A DNA stretch of 64,000 nucleotides. Source: Auanema rhodensis. Lineage: Eukaryota > Animalia > Nematoda. The stretch's first letter is position 1, and every line of letters begins with the position of its first letter. Below are positions 55,682 to 64,000 of the stretch, piece by piece. The position numbers and the translations under genes were made by a program. A model generated the notes under the pieces. The model was given only the letters and a program-made list of their open reading frames with translations, was not told the origin of the DNA and did no database searches. The stretch is taken from the NCBI GenBank assembly GCA_964057225.1, contig OZ059899.1, forward strand, positions 8,928,001 through 8,992,000, given 5' to 3'.

Positions 55682-56524
55682 TCAATTTATAACAGGTGAG
55701 AGTGCTCGATTGGCTAATCCACAACTATTAACCCCACGCTTCAGCCAAAAATATCCTGACAGTCCCCATGAAGAGCCCCAAGAGTTTTTTACAATCCAAT
55801 AATCTGTTCCTTCTGATGTTGTACCGTAACCAGTCAATACAAGAGCATGGGAACCTACAGACTCATTCTTAAAATGAAATTGATTTCAATAAAACAAATA
55901 ATGATTAGAATCACCTGACATTCTTCTTTCGATGGATGAAATATACCACTGCGATAGCTATACATCCCTTTAGTAACATTCATTCCTTTAAATTAACAAT
56001 TTTTTCATTCTTTTTGGTATTGCTACCTATTGTGACAGGACCTTTGCTTGATATCCAATCAGCTATTTTCTCTTCATCTTGGGGCATCATTTGAACGTTA
56101 TTTATGCGAACTCTAGCCTGAAAAGTCTGGATACTTGTTTTTGTTCATCTTACAGTAATTAATTATTTTCAATTAATTAAACACTTACTCCTGATTGTTC
56201 TTTACAATTTTTTGAATCTGTGCCTTCATAAGGATAATCTGACTCGGACAGTAACCCGCTTCTCATCGACATTCTGAAATTATTGAGAAAAAGTTCAATT
56301 ATATAAACGTTTTTTATATCCTAAACAAATTTTTAAAACTAAGCATTAATTACCTTAAAGCGCTAAATACAATGCCACCGTGACACCCGTTGCTGTTTTT
56401 ATCACAGTCAATAAGTTGTTGCTCAGATAAAGATTGAAGATTTCCACTTTTAATCGCATGATGAGTTTCGACAACAGCTACTGCAGCAAAAGCCCAACAC
56501 GAACCGCATTGTCCTAAAAACCTT

Positions 56525-56590
<66 letters not shown>

Positions 56591-57466
56591 TCTATGTATG
56601 TATACATTCTGAACTGATGTTATTTAAAGGATAAGATTTTTATTCGATGGCAAATATAAATAGTACTATTATTCCTCAGAACTCTTGAAGGTCTTATTTT
56701 GTAGACAACCAGCCATGTTTTCAATTATATCATGAGCGTATGTATAATATTAGACGTTTGTATTGTTTTTATATGATGTTAAGCAATAAATATACCTTGG
56801 TTTTTAATAGGTGTTACTTTTCCTTGGATATTCCAATCAAAGCTCTTTGGGCGATGAAAATCCTTATCATAATTGGGAGTTGCTCCTATTACCATGTCTA
56901 GCATTTTAACATTATATTCATGATCCATAGTTAACTGGAAATACAACTTTGTATAGGATATCATATTTCTCATCATACGCTTTTAAGCTCTTTTTCAGAC
57001 CAATCTGTGAACTCGTTGAACCCATATTCAACTGAAGGATCTGATATGCTATAAAGCTCTTCAATGTTCTTCATGTTTTGCACAAAATACTGTAACCGTT
57101 CATATTCTTCAATTTTTGAATACGTTTTGTTAAAGCTAAACTTGAAAAATTTGAAATAATTGGATTAAAATACTAGCCTGATTCGATACTTTTGGTAAAT
57201 AACTGAATACTTAAAATTAATAGTAAAGAAGTTTATGTATTCTACCAATCTAATTGAACCCAAACTCGAGAAATTGGTACTTTTACTCACACACAAAAGT
57301 AGTGAAAGTAAACCAATTATCAATAAAAATAATTTCGGTTTACTGATTGAGGATTCATATTTGGATGTGTGACTGTAAATACGAAAAAATAATAGAAAAA
57401 ATATACAACTAATTACCTAGGATCAAGGGGCGAATATGGGGGATGTTGATCCGATTTCAATATCAT
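55682..57466 (-). CDS. Papain-family (C1A) cysteine protease, cathepsin L/F-like, with I29 prodomain and N-terminal TM anchor
   Basis: I29 FNKTY...GFNEFTDWS; mature domain [52 protein letters not shown]. Catalytic C/H/N are intact. Confidence 0.94.
56527..56587. repeat. (TA)n microsatellite in cathepsin intron
   Basis: Seen directly. Confidence 0.95.
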
Positions 57467-57532
57467 TAGTAGATGTACGTTCAATAATTGAAAATTTGAA
57501 AGAAGTTTCAACTATATGCTGTTAGTTGCAAT

Positions 57533-57579
57533 ACTGATAAAGTATGAAGCATTTATTATCTCTATTAGCATTGATAAGG
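57533..57579. promoter_or_regulatory. Clustered TGATAA (GATA/ELT-2-type) sites upstream of the protease gene
   Basis: ACTGATAA at 57533-57540, TTATCT between, and TGATAAG at 57572-57578, all within ~115 bp of the ATG. TGATAA is the established nematode intestinal element but is common in AT-rich DNA. Confidence 0.4.
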
Positions 57580-58362
57580 TATTAAGTAGAGGAGAATAAT
57601 GTTTATTTTAATTTTAAACTGTCCATATCAAAAGTGAATTCAATTCTTAGATGAACAAACGGTAGACAACAAATATTTAATTCAGAAGATCTTCACTAGA
57701 AGATCTCACTTATTTGACAAACTATTTGATGAACCCAAATGACAGATCTTTCTGTTTTCGTTCATAATTTGTAGTGAAAGGCCGCGTTTCGGTTCATTAT
57801 CATTCAAACATAATCCATTTCGAATACAATTTGAACTGCATTTACGGAATCAAATAATGTACACATTCTATTATGCATAGTACAACAAAAATATCTGAAA
57901 TAAAGTTTCCAATGAGATAATGAGTGGTTTCTTCTGCTGCTCTCTGCTTTATAAACCCAATAAAATGCACTTACTTAAGGGTTGCTTGTTCAATGATAAA
58001 TATCATAAAGATGAGATCAAATCGCTCCAAAGGATTACAGATTAATAAGGATAAGTTGTGGGTGAGAGGGAACACAATTTGAAACTGATATGTGGAAAAA
58101 GTAATCGAACAATCTCAAATCCGCCACGCGTAATCATAACGATCAAAAGTATATCGATTTTGAACTCTTTTTTTTTCATTTAATTATTGCATGTGTGTCA
58201 AAACCGTAGACAATAATACTGCATTTGGATCAATTACTAAATTTTTGATTTTTTACATATTGTCAATTTCGCTATATAGAAGTAAAGGTTTATTGTTCAT
58301 CATATTCCTTTTCATGCTTCCATTTTTTATTTTTTAAGAAATTGAGTGTATTCCGGATTAGT

Positions 58363-62416
<4,054 letters not shown>

Positions 62417-62938
62417 GGTGGTACTATAATTTTTTTTCATTAAGTCTTATAATAGGTTAAGAATCATTATTTACATGAAGCTCATGCGTGATTAAGTTGG
62501 TTTCTACTATTTGTTGATTGGTGATCTTCCTATATGTAATAAATATATTATTTTTCTGTACATTATTAAGATAAAGATACATTTAGAAGTACTTTTTACT
62601 CTCCATGATTCATACATATTGCAGTAAATATTTTAAATGTTGAAACGATTAAAACTAATTTGAGTTCATTATAAAAAGTATAAGTCTCATTGAAAAAAAA
62701 AGTTCAAATTAGCTTATATGAATTATACTCATTAATAATGTCAAATTGATAGATATTCTCTACAACGGTTCAAATGAAAAAAACGATGTCATAATCACTT
62801 TATTGATCCTGTAATAATTTCAACTAGTTACTTTTGATCCAACCCGTTATTCAAGTAATTCAGATAATCGGTATTGTTAATCTCTGAAATAGATTCATTT
62901 TAATTTTCAGTTTTAAGGAGAGCACACAAGTACTTAAT

Positions 62939-63856
62939 ATGCGTCTCATACATTTATTTTGCTTATTTTATGAAACATATGCTCTAACATGTAAGTAATT
63001 ATAAATATACTATTTTTTAAGTTTATTACCATTGAACAAAGTAAACAAATATCTTTAGGCAAATTACAACCAATACTTCGTGGTATAAATGTGAAACTCG
63101 ATCTTGGCTCAACAAGAAAAAAAGTATATTTTATTTTTTATGGTATATTTAAACATTTACTATAGATTTTACCTGCTGAATCTGATTGCAAAGGTAAATG
63201 TGCGGAAGAAAAAGATTTTAATTGCACTGCGATTCTTTGGCCAGCAGGTGATAAAATAGGAGATTGCTATCTCTTTGATAAAGTAGGCCAAAATAAAATA
63301 TAAAAATATATTTTGAAATATTATAGATAGATCTTTCACGAGAAATGTTTCTTGACCAACGGCCGTTCATATTATATGTTGATGTTTGTGAAGGAAAAAA
63401 AACACCATCAGTTGGTTATTGCCAATTTTTGCTTACAAAAAATAATATTAAACGAACAACAACTGTAGACAAATATATATCCCCAGGTATTTAAGCTTCT
63501 ACTAAAACGTTACATTGAGCAATTTTTGAGGTTCAACATCTGAATCAGCCTGCCATCATTTTTGTGTTGCCAAGTATGGAGGAATTGATTGTAATGGATA
63601 TATTGTATCTTCAACTACATTGTACGTAAATAATATATCAAAGTAAGAAAGACTTTATCAGTACTGCATTATAGACCTTCGCCGTGTACATTATATTCTA
63701 CTATTCCTGCAGAGTTACAAGAAGGTGATCAAAACTTATGGACGAAAAAATGTAAAGCTCCACCAAGTATGTTCGATTTTAATATATAATTGACTTTATC
63801 CCCTTAAAAAATAAATTTCAGCTCTGTTCAGTTCAAGATTTTTTATTAGAAAATAA
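62939..63856 (+). CDS. Small secreted protein with two PAN/apple domains
   Basis: Signal peptide MRLIHLFCLFYETYA; ESDCKGKCAEEKDFNCTAI...DCYLF and ESACHHFCVAKYGGIDCNGY...CTLY...WTKKC. Exons join in frame. Confidence 0.75.
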
Positions 63857-64000
63857 ATTTAAAATTTCTACACAGAGAACTAAAAATTCAGCAATATCGG
63901 TAGCTATCAACAATTACAATAAAAAACAGAAGATAAGAAACAAATAAGTCAATAACTATTTCAAAAAACTAGCAAGTATTGTGAAAATAAGCCATTGCGA

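Overview
This is eukaryotic, very AT-rich DNA from a nematode. The evidence is short introns (mostly 40-60 nt), TTTTCAG/TTTAG acceptors, trans-splice-like acceptors just before ATGs, and nematode-type gene families; the species cannot be determined from the sequence. Positions 1-13,000 are gene-poor, with heavily decayed non-LTR retrotransposon remnants and microsatellites. Positions 13,200-63,900 hold about 15 multi-exon genes reconstructed by hand: a CPG4-domain protein (-), CD36/SR-B receptor (+), ALDH3 (-), an orphan disordered protein (+), SLC18B1-like MFS transporter (+), Fer-type SH2 tyrosine kinase (+), aldo-keto reductase (+), BPI/LBP protein (+), Integrator subunit 1 (+), PTPA (+), a secreted MBL-fold hydrolase (-), lysosomal alpha-mannosidase (-), a membrane-anchored papain-family protease (-), a large Gly-X-Thr-repeat mucin with a PAN/apple domain (+), and a two-PAN-domain secreted protein (+). 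A decayed RTE element lies at 24.3-27 kb. Most notable: two otherwise intact conserved genes appear to need non-AG 3' splice sites, and three introns probably use GC donors. Also notable are a probable ints-1/PTPA operon, an AKR ending in the peroxisomal signal SRL, a signal-peptide-bearing MBLAC1-like enzyme, a structured GC-rich intronic element, and the strictly tripeptide-periodic repeat protein. Exon boundaries were read by eye and family calls come from motif recognition; no searches were run.
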